Assembly: GCA_963699755.1 (NCBI GenBank)
Contig: CAVOVB010000001.1
Location: 1,216,001-1,280,000 of the forward strand
Reading direction: 5' to 3'
Source: an uncultured delta proteobacterium
Lineage (GTDB): Bacteria; Myxococcota_A; Polyangia; Polyangiales; Houyiibacteriaceae
DNA: 64,000 nt
Under the pieces are notes generated by a model. That model did not search any database. It saw only the letters and a list, made by a program, of their open reading frames with translations, and was not told where the DNA came from. Below are positions 49,001 to 58,254 of the stretch, in pieces (within the stretch, counting starts at the first letter, position 1; each line of letters starts with the position of its first letter). The position numbers and the translations under genes were made by a program.

Positions 49001-50748
49001 TCAGCGCAGCGTTCACCAATGGCTCGCCCTCGATAAAGGCTCAGCAGAGCATCGCCTCGGCATCGACGATCTACATGCGCCTGGGGCGTACCGCTAACCA
49101 GTGGACTGCGCGTTACTCCTACGACGGCGTGAGCTGGGCGACGGCGGCGAGCTTCTCGCATACGCTCACCGTTTGGTCGGTCGGCGTCTTTGCGGGCAAC
49201 TTCGATCCGAACCCCGCGTACACGGCGGTGGTCGACTACTTCTTCGAGACCTCCGCACCGCTCGTCCCCGAGGACGGCCCCCTGTGCAATCCGGGCGATC
49301 AGTTCACAGTGAGCACCTCGGCGATCGGACAAGGCACGGTGGCGCGAAATCCCGATCAGAGCGCCTACGCCTGCGGCTCCACCGTGACGCTCACCGCCCA
49401 ACCGGGTCCGGGTGCATCCTTCGTCGGCTGGGGCGGTGCGCTCTTCGGCATCACGAACCCGGCTGTTCTGACAGTGGAAGCGGATGCGACGGTGACGGCG
49501 GAGTTCCTGCTCGACTCGACCCCGCCGCTCATTAGCAACGTCAATACGACGCCGTTCGAAACCTCGGCCACGGTCACTTGGCAAACAGACGAAGGCACGA
49601 CTGGCTTCGTCGAGTACGGCCAGACGAGCTCGTACGAGTTGGGCTCCGTCGCCTCGAGCACCTCGTCGACGTCCCACACGGTATCGCTCCCCGGCCTTAG
49701 CGATGGCACCGTCTATCACTACCGCGTCACCGCAGAAGATGGCGCCGGCAACAGCTCGAGCACGGGCGATGGCGTCTTCACCACCGGTACGAGCGGCGGA
49801 GTCGGCGGACCGGTCATCGATGTCTGGTACGGGCCGTACCAGCGGTTTGGCGCGGCAGGCATGCCTCAGCGGTTCATCAACGTCCTGGGCAACGTCCAGG
49901 ACTTGGACGGTGTCGCCTCCCTCACCTACTCGCTCAACGGTGGCCCGGAGCTCCCGCTCACGCTGGGCCCGAACGGAAGCCGACTCGCGGCGTGGAACGA
50001 CTTCAACGTCGAGATCGGCTACGACGAGCTTTCGCCCGGCCTGAGCGACGTGACGATTCGCGCGCGCGACAACTTGGGCAATACCAGCGTCGAGTCAGTC
50101 CAGATCGACTATATCGACGGTGTGGTCACGCCCACCACCTACAGCATCGACTGGAACACGGTGAGCGATGTGTCGGACGTGGCGCAGATCGTCGACGGCA
50201 AGTGGTCACTCGAGAACGACGGCCTGCGGTGCATCGAGCCAGGTTATGACAGGCTGGTTGCGATAGGGGATTTGAGCTGGACCAATTACGAGGCGACCGT
50301 CGAGGCGACCCTCAATGCACCAATCGACCGCTTCCAGGCTCCGATCATCGGACTCGCCATCCGCTGGACCGGGCACTTCGACTGGAACGGTCAACAGCCT
50401 CGCCTTGGCTGGCATCCCCTCGGTGCCCTGATGGCCTACATTTGGCTTCACGACTTCTACTGGGGTCTCGCGACCTGGGAGAGCGATGGCTTCCAGTCCT
50501 TTGGCCCCGGGGTCACTCCTGCGCCTCAGGTCGGCGTCACTTACGTGTTGAAGATGCGCTCCGAACCTCTTCCAAACGGCGACATCGAATACAGCTACAA
50601 GATGTGGCCGAAGGGTCAGGCCGAGCCCAGTGCTTGGGGCATCACCTACGTCTCCGACCAGTCGCCGGTGGGCGGCTCGCTGCTGGTGGTTGCGCACTAC
50701 GTCGACGTCACAATTGGGAATGTTGCGATCGTACCTGTCGGCAATTAG
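46027..50748 (+). CDS. Giant surface lipoprotein with three tandem units (DUF1349/ConA-like + bacterial repeat + FN3)
   Basis: Lipobox LVAC; three near-identical units starting SDDF...VDPQxDG, FLGWxG repeat domain, GTLYHYRV FN3 motif. Confidence 0.85.
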   Translation: MLAFQPRSRTAAPFGFLLSLMLVACSGNDGAGGGDFGSSSVALGSAHGITSDDFSTGTLDTQRWQVVDPQGDGTVALVGSGTPDAHLLLSVPAGTVHDPWTTNTALRVMQPADNEDFEIEVKFESEPALAYQSQGLLVQQNATNYVRFDVFSDGSAFNVFGAAFTNGSPAIPIYAGIASAPTIYLRLGRSGNQWTARYSYDGTSWTTAGTFNHTLTVSSVGVFAGNFDPNPAYTVAVDYFYETSVPIVDEDPALCDPGDQLVLTTQASNGTILRSPDQATYACDSLVTLTAQPDPGATFLGWGGALSGNTNPTVLTISADTTVTASFLLDQTAPQISSVTAVAGQTSATVSWQTDELSTGFVEYGLTASYEIGSVASATPATAHAVTLPALSEGTLYHYRVNAEDSFANSGNTADATFTTGTSGTGGTGGSGGSAGTGGSAGSGGTGGTVPGAITSDDFHTGSLNTGVWQVVDPQGDGTVELVGAGTPDAHLVLSVPAGTVHDAWTSNTTLRVMQPAANEDFEIEAKFESEPMLAFQGQGLLVQQDATNYIRFDVFSDGGSTNVFGAAFTNGSPQIPIYGAIASAPAIYLRLGRSGNQWTARYSYDGTSWTTAGTFNHSLAVSSVGVFAGNFDPNPAYSVAVDYFYETSAPIASEDPPLCDPGDQLVLTTQATNGTILRSPDQSSYSCGSEVTLIAQPAVGATFLGWSGALSGTSNPAVLTLDADATVTANFLLDTIPPQINNVNAAAGQTSATVSWQTNELSTGLVEYGLTAAYEIGAAASATLATAHAVTLPGLSEGTLYHYRVSATDAFGNGGSTLDATFTTDSTGGGGSGGTGGSGGTGGSGGTGGSGGTGGSGGTGGSGGTGGSGGTGGSVGSGAIVSDDFHSGVLDTQLWEIVDPQADGTVTLVGAGTSDAQLLLSVPAGTVHDPWTSNTALRVMQPAADEDFELEVKFESEPTLGFQSQGLLVEDDDSNYIRFDVYSDGSSLNVFSAAFTNGSPSIKAQQSIASASTIYMRLGRTANQWTARYSYDGVSWATAASFSHTLTVWSVGVFAGNFDPNPAYTAVVDYFFETSAPLVPEDGPLCNPGDQFTVSTSAIGQGTVARNPDQSAYACGSTVTLTAQPGPGASFVGWGGALFGITNPAVLTVEADATVTAEFLLDSTPPLISNVNTTPFETSATVTWQTDEGTTGFVEYGQTSSYELGSVASSTSSTSHTVSLPGLSDGTVYHYRVTAEDGAGNSSSTGDGVFTTGTSGGVGGPVIDVWYGPYQRFGAAGMPQRFINVLGNVQDLDGVASLTYSLNGGPELPLTLGPNGSRLAAWNDFNVEIGYDELSPGLSDVTIRARDNLGNTSVESVQIDYIDGVVTPTTYSIDWNTVSDVSDVAQIVDGKWSLENDGLRCIEPGYDRLVAIGDLSWTNYEATVEATLNAPIDRFQAPIIGLAIRWTGHFDWNGQQPRLGWHPLGALMAYIWLHDFYWGLATWESDGFQSFGPGVTPAPQVGVTYVLKMRSEPLPNGDIEYSYKMWPKGQAEPSAWGITYVSDQSPVGGSLLVVAHYVDVTIGNVAIVPVGN
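48517..48651 (+). repeat. 18-bp coding tandem repeat (GGSGGT) x7.5
   Basis: GGYGGSAGCGGCGGYACG units. Confidence 0.9.
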
Positions 50749-50890
50749 GCTGAGGCTATGATTCGGTTCACCCCGACACTTCGGTGGTGCGCAGGGTTCC
50801 CTCTAGGATCTAGTCGACTTGGCAAGTGGAGGTCTCGATGAATCGGGCAACGGTTAGGGTGAGCTTCAAGCTGGCAGGCGCGGTGCGCTC

Positions 50891-51955
50891 ATGAAGGTTC
50901 TTGTCACTGGCCACAACGGCTACATCGGCGCGGTGATGGTCCCTTTCCTGCAGGCGGCGGGCCATGAAGTCGTCGGACTCGACACCTATCTGTTCGAGGG
51001 CTGCCACCATGGGCCCGCGCCCGTGGATCCGCCGGCGCTGCGAATGGATCTCCGCGACGTCAAGCCGTCCGACCTGGAGGGCTTCGATGCGGTGCTGCAC
51101 CTGGCGGCGCTCTCGAACGACCCGCTCGGCGATCTCAACAAGCAGTTCACCTACGACATCAATCTACACGCGTCTGTGAATCTTGCGAAGGCCGCGAAAG
51201 AGGCCGGCGTCGAGCGCTTCCTCTTCTCGTCGTCTTGCTCGCTCTACGGAAAGCCACCGAGCGACGACCCGGTCGATGAGACGGCGCCGTTCGGCCCCAT
51301 CACGCCATACGGGGAATCCAAGATCAGGGTCGAGCAAGAGGTCGCACCGCTCGCAGACGAGAGCTTCAGCCCGACCTATCTGCGGAACACGACAGCATAC
51401 GGATGGTCTCCGCAACTGCGCGGCGACATCGTGGTCAACAATCTGACGGCCTATGCCTTCATCACAGGGGAGGTTTTGATCAAGAGCGACGGCACTCCCT
51501 GGAGGCCATTGGTCCACGTCGAGGACATCTGTCGCGCATTCCTGGCGGTGATGGAAGCGCCGCGTGACGTCGTTCACAACCAGGCGTTCAACGTCGGACG
51601 GACCGACGAGAACTTCCAGATCTCCACCGTCGCAGACATGGTCGCGGAGATTGTACCCAACAGTAAGGTGGTCTACGCGCCGGGCGGCGAGCCGGATACT
51701 CGAAGCTACCGCGTCGACTTCTCGAAGATCGCGAATGCGCTCCCCGCTTCGAAGCCCGAGTGGACGGTTCGCAAGGGCATCCAGCAGCTACTCGAGGCCT
51801 ACCAGAGATACGGCCTGACACTCGAGCAGTTCGAGGGAACATACCTCCGCATTCGGCACCTGCAGCGACTGCTCAACGAAGGTCGCCTTGGAGATGGCAT
51901 TCGTTGGCAGACGCCCTCGGGAGCCACAGGCGACAGGAAACAGGGCAGACGATGA
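50891..51955 (+). CDS. NAD-dependent nucleotide-sugar epimerase/dehydratase (extended SDR)
   Basis: [22 protein letters not shown]. Confidence 0.92.
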   Translation: MKVLVTGHNGYIGAVMVPFLQAAGHEVVGLDTYLFEGCHHGPAPVDPPALRMDLRDVKPSDLEGFDAVLHLAALSNDPLGDLNKQFTYDINLHASVNLAKAAKEAGVERFLFSSSCSLYGKPPSDDPVDETAPFGPITPYGESKIRVEQEVAPLADESFSPTYLRNTTAYGWSPQLRGDIVVNNLTAYAFITGEVLIKSDGTPWRPLVHVEDICRAFLAVMEAPRDVVHNQAFNVGRTDENFQISTVADMVAEIVPNSKVVYAPGGEPDTRSYRVDFSKIANALPASKPEWTVRKGIQQLLEAYQRYGLTLEQFEGTYLRIRHLQRLLNEGRLGDGIRWQTPSGATGDRKQGRR

Positions 51956-53205
51956 CCGACGCATCTTCGCAATTGACCGGCGCGCGGTGCCGGTTCTGCA
52001 ATACACCGCTTCACTTCACCTTCGTCGACCTCGGCATGTCCCCGCTCTGTCAGACGGTCATTCGCGAAGAACAACGAAATCTGATGGAGCCCTTCTATCC
52101 GCTCCACACCTACGTCTGCGACGAGTGCTACCTCGTCCAGCTCGAAGAGTACGTGAAGCCCGCGGACATTTTCACAGAATACGCCTACTTTTCGGCGTAC
52201 TCGGACAGCTGGCTCTCTCATGCGAGCAACTACGTCGACATGATCTCCGAGCGGCTGGGGCTGGACGAGAAGTCGAGCGTCGTCGAGCTAGCGAGCAACG
52301 ACGGCTATCTTCTTCAATACTTCGTGAAGAAGGGCATCCCTGCGCTTGGCATCGAGCCCGCGGCCAACGTCGCCAAGGCGGCCGAGGAGCGCGGCGTGAC
52401 GACGATCGTCGAGTTCTTTGGTGCCGATCTGGCAAGCCGGCTCCGGTCGGAAGGAAAGAGCGCTAACCTTATTCTCGGGAACAACGTCCTCGCTCAGGTG
52501 CCTGACATCAACTCCTTCGTCGAAGGCATCAAGATCCTTCTCGCGCCGGGCGGAGTGGTGACCATCGAGTTCCCACACCTATTGAAGCTGATGAACGAGA
52601 ATCAGTTCGATACGATCTATCACGAGCACTTCTCATATTTCTCGTTTGCGACCACCTCCCGGATTTTCGCGGCGCACGGCATGGCGCTCTTCGACGTCGA
52701 TGAGCTTCCGACCCACGGCGGCTCGCTTCGCATTTACGGGCGCCATACGGACGACCACAGCAAGCCGATCACTGCGCGAGCCAAGGACCTCCTCGAGCGA
52801 GAGGCTGCCGCTGGTCTAGGAGGCCTCGACGCCTACCGACAGTTCCGCGAGCAGGTCGAAGCTACCAAGCGCGATCTTCTCGAGTTCCTCATCGAGAAGC
52901 GCCGTGAGGGCAAGTCGATCATTGGATACGGTGCACCGGGCAAGGGCAATACCCTCCTCAACTACTGCGGCATTCGGACCGACTTCCTCGAGTACACGGT
53001 GGATCGCAATCCGTACAAGCAAGGCACGTATCTTCCGGGGACCCACATTCCGGTGCACAAGCCCGAAAAGATCGCCGAGACCAAGCCAGACTACATCCTG
53101 ATTCTGCCTTGGAATCTCAAGGATGAGATTGCGGCCCAGCTCGCGTACACTGCGGCCTGGGGGTGCAAGATCGTCGTACCGATTCCTCGGGTGCAGGTTT
53201 TATGA
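51952..53205 (+). CDS. NDP-hexose C-methyltransferase 1
   Basis: CRFC/CDEC zinc site, [25 protein letters not shown]. Confidence 0.9.
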   Translation: MTDASSQLTGARCRFCNTPLHFTFVDLGMSPLCQTVIREEQRNLMEPFYPLHTYVCDECYLVQLEEYVKPADIFTEYAYFSAYSDSWLSHASNYVDMISERLGLDEKSSVVELASNDGYLLQYFVKKGIPALGIEPAANVAKAAEERGVTTIVEFFGADLASRLRSEGKSANLILGNNVLAQVPDINSFVEGIKILLAPGGVVTIEFPHLLKLMNENQFDTIYHEHFSYFSFATTSRIFAAHGMALFDVDELPTHGGSLRIYGRHTDDHSKPITARAKDLLEREAAAGLGGLDAYRQFREQVEATKRDLLEFLIEKRREGKSIIGYGAPGKGNTLLNYCGIRTDFLEYTVDRNPYKQGTYLPGTHIPVHKPEKIAETKPDYILILPWNLKDEIAAQLAYTAAWGCKIVVPIPRVQVL

Positions 53206-53248
53206 AGACCGCGAAGCTCACCTTCAGGCCAGCATGGGGAGTCTCCCC

Positions 53249-54037
53249 ATGAAGGTGGTCTTGTTTTGTGGCGGGCAGGGCACGCGCCTTCGCGACTATT
53301 CCGAGAGCGTCCCGAAGCCCATGGTTCCCGTCGGGTATCGGCCCATCCTCTGGCACGTCATGAAGTACTACGCCCACTATGGGCACCGGGATTTCATTCT
53401 TGCGCTTGGCTACAAGGCCGATGTCATCAAGGACTTCTTCCTGAACTACAATGAGGCCGTGTCGAACGACTTCGTGCTCTACGAAGGCGGCAAGCGAATC
53501 GAGCTCGCGAACAGCGACATCGAGGACTGGACGATTACCTTCGTAGACACCGGGGCGAGCTCGAACATCGGTGAGCGGCTCTGGAGGGTGCGTTCGTACC
53601 TCCAAGACGAGGAGATGTTCATGGCTAATTACAGCGATGGCGTCACTGATCTTCCGCTCGCCGACTATGTCGACGAGTTCAAGAAGCGCGACAAGGTCGG
53701 AAGTTTCGTCGCGGTTCGCCCTCCGGGCAGCTACCACGTCATTCAGATCAGCGAGGAGGGTGAAGTTTCGGGGATTCAGCCGATCATCGACACCGGCGCC
53801 TGGATCAACGGCGGCTATTTCATCTTCAGAAAAGAGATCTTCGACTACATGCGGCCCGGTGAAGAGCTGGTCGAGAAGCCCTTCCTTCGACTCATCGAAG
53901 ACGGGCAACTTATGGCGCATCGCCACCAGGGATTCTGGGCTCCCATGGACACCTTCAAGGACAAGCAGCGGCTCGACGAGCTCAACCGCAGTGGGGAAGC
54001 GCCTTGGCAGGTTTGGCTGCGCAACGACGAATCTTGA
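53249..54037 (+). CDS. rfbF: Glucose-1-phosphate cytidylyltransferase
   Basis: LFCGGQGTRL, PKPMV, WINGGYF, GFWAPMDTFKD. Confidence 0.88.
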   Translation: MKVVLFCGGQGTRLRDYSESVPKPMVPVGYRPILWHVMKYYAHYGHRDFILALGYKADVIKDFFLNYNEAVSNDFVLYEGGKRIELANSDIEDWTITFVDTGASSNIGERLWRVRSYLQDEEMFMANYSDGVTDLPLADYVDEFKKRDKVGSFVAVRPPGSYHVIQISEEGEVSGIQPIIDTGAWINGGYFIFRKEIFDYMRPGEELVEKPFLRLIEDGQLMAHRHQGFWAPMDTFKDKQRLDELNRSGEAPWQVWLRNDES

Positions 54038-54055
54038 AGAGAGGACGAGCCGCCT

Positions 54056-54715
54056 GTGCAAGAATTATCGCTGCCGACCTCGAGCCCAACCATCCTCTGC
54101 CTCGGCGCGCACAGCGACGACATCGAGATAGGCTGTGGAGGCTCACTCGTTCGCTTGCTCGGCAAGATGCCGGGGGCTTCGGTTCACTGGGTGGTCTTCA
54201 GCGCCGAAGGCAACAGGGCCGATGAGGCACGTCACGGCGCAAAGGTCTTTGCCGGAGAGCGGCTCGACTCGATCGAGCTCCACTCCTTTCGTGACGGCTT
54301 CTTCCCAGATGTCTTTGGCGCGATTAAAGAGCGCTTCGCGGCCCTTCAAAAGGCCGTGGACCCAGACTTGATCTTCACGACCTGGCGCCGGGACCTGCAC
54401 CAGGATCATCGGATGGTTTCCGAGCTCACCTCTCAGACGTTTCGCAATCATCTAATTCTCGAATACGAGATCAGCAAGTACGATGGCGACCTGGGCTCGC
54501 CCAACGTCTACGTGCGACTCGACACCGAGGAGGCCGACCGAAAGATCGAGAACCTGATGACGGTCTTCGCCTCCCAGCGCGACAAGTACTGGTTCAGCAG
54601 GGAGACCTTTGCTGCGCTCATGCGCGTGCGAGGCGTCGAATGTCGCGCGGCGAGTGGCTATGCCGAAGCTTTCTATGGGCACAAGCTCGTTTTTGGCGCT
54701 GGCTCCCCGCTATGA
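54056..54715 (+). CDS. PIG-L/LmbE family deacetylase
   Basis: AHSDDIEIGCGG, HQDH. Confidence 0.88.
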   Translation: MQELSLPTSSPTILCLGAHSDDIEIGCGGSLVRLLGKMPGASVHWVVFSAEGNRADEARHGAKVFAGERLDSIELHSFRDGFFPDVFGAIKERFAALQKAVDPDLIFTTWRRDLHQDHRMVSELTSQTFRNHLILEYEISKYDGDLGSPNVYVRLDTEEADRKIENLMTVFASQRDKYWFSRETFAALMRVRGVECRAASGYAEAFYGHKLVFGAGSPL

Positions 54716-55881
54716 CTGGCAAGTGTTGGAGTTGCGGCAGAGCCGATCCCCAGCCGTTCTATCGCCTAGAGAGAATTCCAATCTCGAGCTGCGTCTTGCT
54801 CGACTCCCAGGCCGAGGCGCGTGGCTTTCCCAGAGGTGAGCTCGAGCTCGCCTTCTGCGAAGGCTGCGGCTTCATCCAGAACAGCCTCTTCGATCCAGCG
54901 CTCCTCGACTACAGCCAGGACTACGAAGAGAGCCAGGGCTTTTCCCCGACATTCGGTACCTTTGCACAGGGGCTCGTGGACCGACTGGTCGAGCGTTACG
55001 ACATTGCTGGCAAGAAGGTGTTCGAGATCGGGTGCGGCAAAGGCGATTTTCTGTCCTTGCTTTGCAAGACCGGGCAGAACCGAGGCCTCGGAATCGATCC
55101 AGGTTACCGCGCAGGCCGTCTGGCTCCCGAGATCGACGCCAAGGTCATCGCGGAGCTCTTTACCGAGCCAGGGCCCGAGCTGACTGGAGATCTGATCTGC
55201 TGCCGGCACACGCTCGAACACATCCAGCCCGTGGGCGAGTTCCTGAGCTTGGTTCGCAAGTCGGCCGAGCAAACCGTCGGGTCCGTCACGTTCTTCGAAG
55301 TCCCCGACACGTGGCGCATCTTGCAAGAGGGCGCGTTCTGGGACGTGTACTACGAACACTGCTCGTACTTCACACTCGGCTCCCTCGGTCGACTCTTTCG
55401 CAGAACCGGTTTCGACTTGGCTTCACTTCGAACCGGCTATGGCGATCAGTACTTGCTCCTCGAGGCAAAGATCAGCGATGGTCGGTCATCGAATGCATTT
55501 CCCGGCGAAGACGACTCGGAAGCCGTTCGGTCCGCGGTTCGTTCTTTCGTCGAGACGACACGAGAAGCGATGCGCGGATGGGACCGCCGTCTTTCAGAGA
55601 CTGCGGCTTCTGGAAAGAAGATCGTCATCTGGGGGGCGAGCTCTAAGGGTGTGGCATTCCTGACCAGCCTGGAGTCGGGCGGTACCGTGGAGTACGCCGT
55701 CGACATCAATCCTTACAAGCAGGGCCGGTTCATGCCCGGCGCAGGCCAGGAAATCGTCGGACCCTCCTTTTTGAAGGACTACGCCCCTGACCTGGTCGTC
55801 GTGATGAATTCGATCTACCTCGAGGAAATCCGAGGCGATCTAGCGAAGTTGGGGCTTAAACCCGAGATGCTTGCGGTCTAG
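54712..55881 (+). CDS. NDP-hexose C-methyltransferase 2
   Basis: CWSC/CEGC, EIGCGKG, YYEHCSYF, WGASSKG. Confidence 0.85.
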   Translation: MTGKCWSCGRADPQPFYRLERIPISSCVLLDSQAEARGFPRGELELAFCEGCGFIQNSLFDPALLDYSQDYEESQGFSPTFGTFAQGLVDRLVERYDIAGKKVFEIGCGKGDFLSLLCKTGQNRGLGIDPGYRAGRLAPEIDAKVIAELFTEPGPELTGDLICCRHTLEHIQPVGEFLSLVRKSAEQTVGSVTFFEVPDTWRILQEGAFWDVYYEHCSYFTLGSLGRLFRRTGFDLASLRTGYGDQYLLLEAKISDGRSSNAFPGEDDSEAVRSAVRSFVETTREAMRGWDRRLSETAASGKKIVIWGASSKGVAFLTSLESGGTVEYAVDINPYKQGRFMPGAGQEIVGPSFLKDYAPDLVVVMNSIYLEEIRGDLAKLGLKPEMLAV

Positions 55882-55950
55882 CGCCCCGCTGGCCGCCACT
55901 CTGTGGCCGACTGCGCCGCGGACTGTTAACTTGAACCTGAAAGCGAGCCA

Positions 55951-57159
55951 ATGGAAAGCACCCGTTCCTCAGCAGAAGGCCATCGCGCGCCAACGGCCAT
56001 CGTGCAATGCCCGGCATGTGGGTCCAGGCAGCTCACGCCGTTCCACAGCATGCAGAGCATTCCGGCTCTGAGTTGCACCATTTGGGACAGCGCCGAAGAG
56101 GCGAGAAGTTGCCCGCAAGGCGACATCGACTTGGCGCTTTGCCAAACCTGCGCCTTGCTTCTGAACACCGCATTCGACCCCGAGCTTCTCCATTACGACG
56201 AGGCGTACGAAGCATCCCTGCACCACTCACCGCTGTTCACGCGCTACGCCGAGGAGCTGGCCCAAGGTCTCATCGAACGATACGACCTCCACCAAAAGGT
56301 GGTTCTCGAAATCGGCTGTGGCAAAGGGGCGTTCCTCAAGATGCTGGTCGAGATGGGGAACAACCGGGGACTCGGCTTCGATCCCAGTTACGACCCGGAG
56401 CCCGGCGAGGTGCCAGACGAGCGGATCACCTTCGTGAAAGAGTTCTATACCGAATCGCATCTCGACATCGCTCCAGATTTGGTCATCGCACGGCAGCTGC
56501 TCGAGCACGTGGAAGAGCCCTTCGAGTTCTTGACCGGGCTAAGACGCACGCTCGGCGATAGGCACGAGACCATCGTGGTGTTCGAGGTCCCGAACGCACT
56601 CGACATGCTCCAGCGTGCTGATCTCTGGGATGTCATTTACGAGCACCCCATCTACTTTACTCCGCTGGCGCTCGATAGGCTTCTCCGCTCTGCCGGCTTC
56701 GACGTGCATCGCGTACGACCGGGCTACGAAGGGCTTTTTCTGATCATCGAGGCGTCGCCGAGCGCCGAGCCTCCCAAGCCGCAGGAAGCGGTCGGGCACC
56801 TCGTGAAGGACGAAGTCGAGGGTTTCGCCGCTGCTTACACAGAGCGCGTGAGACGCTGGGGGCAGCGCCTCGGGGAGATCAAGAGAAAGGGGCAGCGCGC
56901 CGTCCTCTGGGGAGCCGGCGCCCGTGGCGATACTTTCCTCAACGCGATTGGCATTCGCGAGGAGATTCCCTTGGTGGTGGACCTCAACCCGCGCAAGTGG
57001 GGCAAGCACATGGCCGGCACCGGCCAAGAGATCCAATCGCCCGAAACCTTGAAGGCCAACCCGCCTCAGGTCGTCGTGATCGCCAACGAGATCTACAAAG
57101 ACGAAATCGGCAAGAGCCTTCGCGAGATGGGGATCGACGCGGAGATCCTGGTCGCCTAG
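55951..57159 (+). CDS. NDP-hexose C-methyltransferase 3
   Basis: CPAC/CQTC, EIGCGKG, IYEHPIYF, WGAGARG. Confidence 0.85.
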   Translation: MESTRSSAEGHRAPTAIVQCPACGSRQLTPFHSMQSIPALSCTIWDSAEEARSCPQGDIDLALCQTCALLLNTAFDPELLHYDEAYEASLHHSPLFTRYAEELAQGLIERYDLHQKVVLEIGCGKGAFLKMLVEMGNNRGLGFDPSYDPEPGEVPDERITFVKEFYTESHLDIAPDLVIARQLLEHVEEPFEFLTGLRRTLGDRHETIVVFEVPNALDMLQRADLWDVIYEHPIYFTPLALDRLLRSAGFDVHRVRPGYEGLFLIIEASPSAEPPKPQEAVGHLVKDEVEGFAAAYTERVRRWGQRLGEIKRKGQRAVLWGAGARGDTFLNAIGIREEIPLVVDLNPRKWGKHMAGTGQEIQSPETLKANPPQVVVIANEIYKDEIGKSLREMGIDAEILVA

Positions 57160-57161
57160 CG

Positions 57162-58238
57162 ATGCTCTTTTTCTGGACACCGGACAACGCGATCCCTATC
57201 GGTGGAGTCAAGCAGATCTACCGTCATGTCGAGATCCTCGGACGAGCCGGTATCGAGGCGCGCGTCTTGCACACACGGCCGGGCTTCGCGTGCACCTGGT
57301 TCGAGCACAGCGCGCCCATGGCGTACCTGGGGGAATCTGCCCTAGGCCGCGTTCGCCGTGAGGTCTGGTTCGGCGTCCACCGCTCGGCTCCACCGGCAGA
57401 TTTGAATCTCTTCGATGGCCGCAAGATCAAGCTTGCCGATGGTCGCGGCTCGTACCGTAACCATCGGCTGAGCAGCTCGGATGTCCTGGTCATGCCGGAA
57501 TACCTCGGCGCATCTCTCGCCCATGCCGACATCCGTCTGCCGATGGTCATCTTCAACCAAAACGTGCACGGGACCTTTTGGGGCTACGGTTTCGGTGAGA
57601 ATGCGGGCAACAGCGTGTATAGACGCCCCAACGTGCTCGGTGCCGTCGTGGTGTCCGAGCACAATCGGCGGTACCTAGAATACGCCTTCGAGGGCCTCGA
57701 GGTTCACCGGGTAGTCAACGGCGTCGATTCGGCCTTGTTTCACCCGAACGACTCGCCCCGGCGCAGGCAGGTCAGTTTCATGCCGCGAAAGAAACCTCAA
57801 CATCTCGAGCAGCTGATCAACATTCTCGCGAATCGCGGCACCTTGCGCGGCTGGGAATTGGCTCCAATCGATGGTCTGGACGAAGCCGGCGTAGCCGACA
57901 TTCTTCGGCACGCCTTCGTCTTCCTCAGCACCTCTTATGAAGAAGGTTTCGGATTGCCTCCGGTCGAAGCGGGGATGGCGGGCTGCCTGGTGGTTGGGTA
58001 CACGGGCAGTGCCGGCGACGAGTACTTCGAAGAAGGTCTTTGCGAGCGGGTCGATCAAGACGATATCCTCGGCTTCGCTCAGGCCGTCGAACGAACGCTT
58101 TCCTATGTGGAAGCCGACGAGGCAGGAGCAATCGAACGGGGCCTCGCGTTTTCCAAGTTCTTGAGTGGGCGCTATTCCCTCGAGCGCGAAGTCGAGACGG
58201 TCCTGGCCGCCTGGCAGGCACTTCTCGAAAGGCGCTGA
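57162..58238 (+). CDS. Glycosyltransferase family 4 (GT-B)
   Basis: GGVKQIY, FMPRK, EEGFGLPPVEAGMAGC. Confidence 0.88.
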   Translation: MLFFWTPDNAIPIGGVKQIYRHVEILGRAGIEARVLHTRPGFACTWFEHSAPMAYLGESALGRVRREVWFGVHRSAPPADLNLFDGRKIKLADGRGSYRNHRLSSSDVLVMPEYLGASLAHADIRLPMVIFNQNVHGTFWGYGFGENAGNSVYRRPNVLGAVVVSEHNRRYLEYAFEGLEVHRVVNGVDSALFHPNDSPRRRQVSFMPRKKPQHLEQLINILANRGTLRGWELAPIDGLDEAGVADILRHAFVFLSTSYEEGFGLPPVEAGMAGCLVVGYTGSAGDEYFEEGLCERVDQDDILGFAQAVERTLSYVEADEAGAIERGLAFSKFLSGRYSLEREVETVLAAWQALLERR

Positions 58239-58254
58239 AGCCGGGCCCTGCTCT

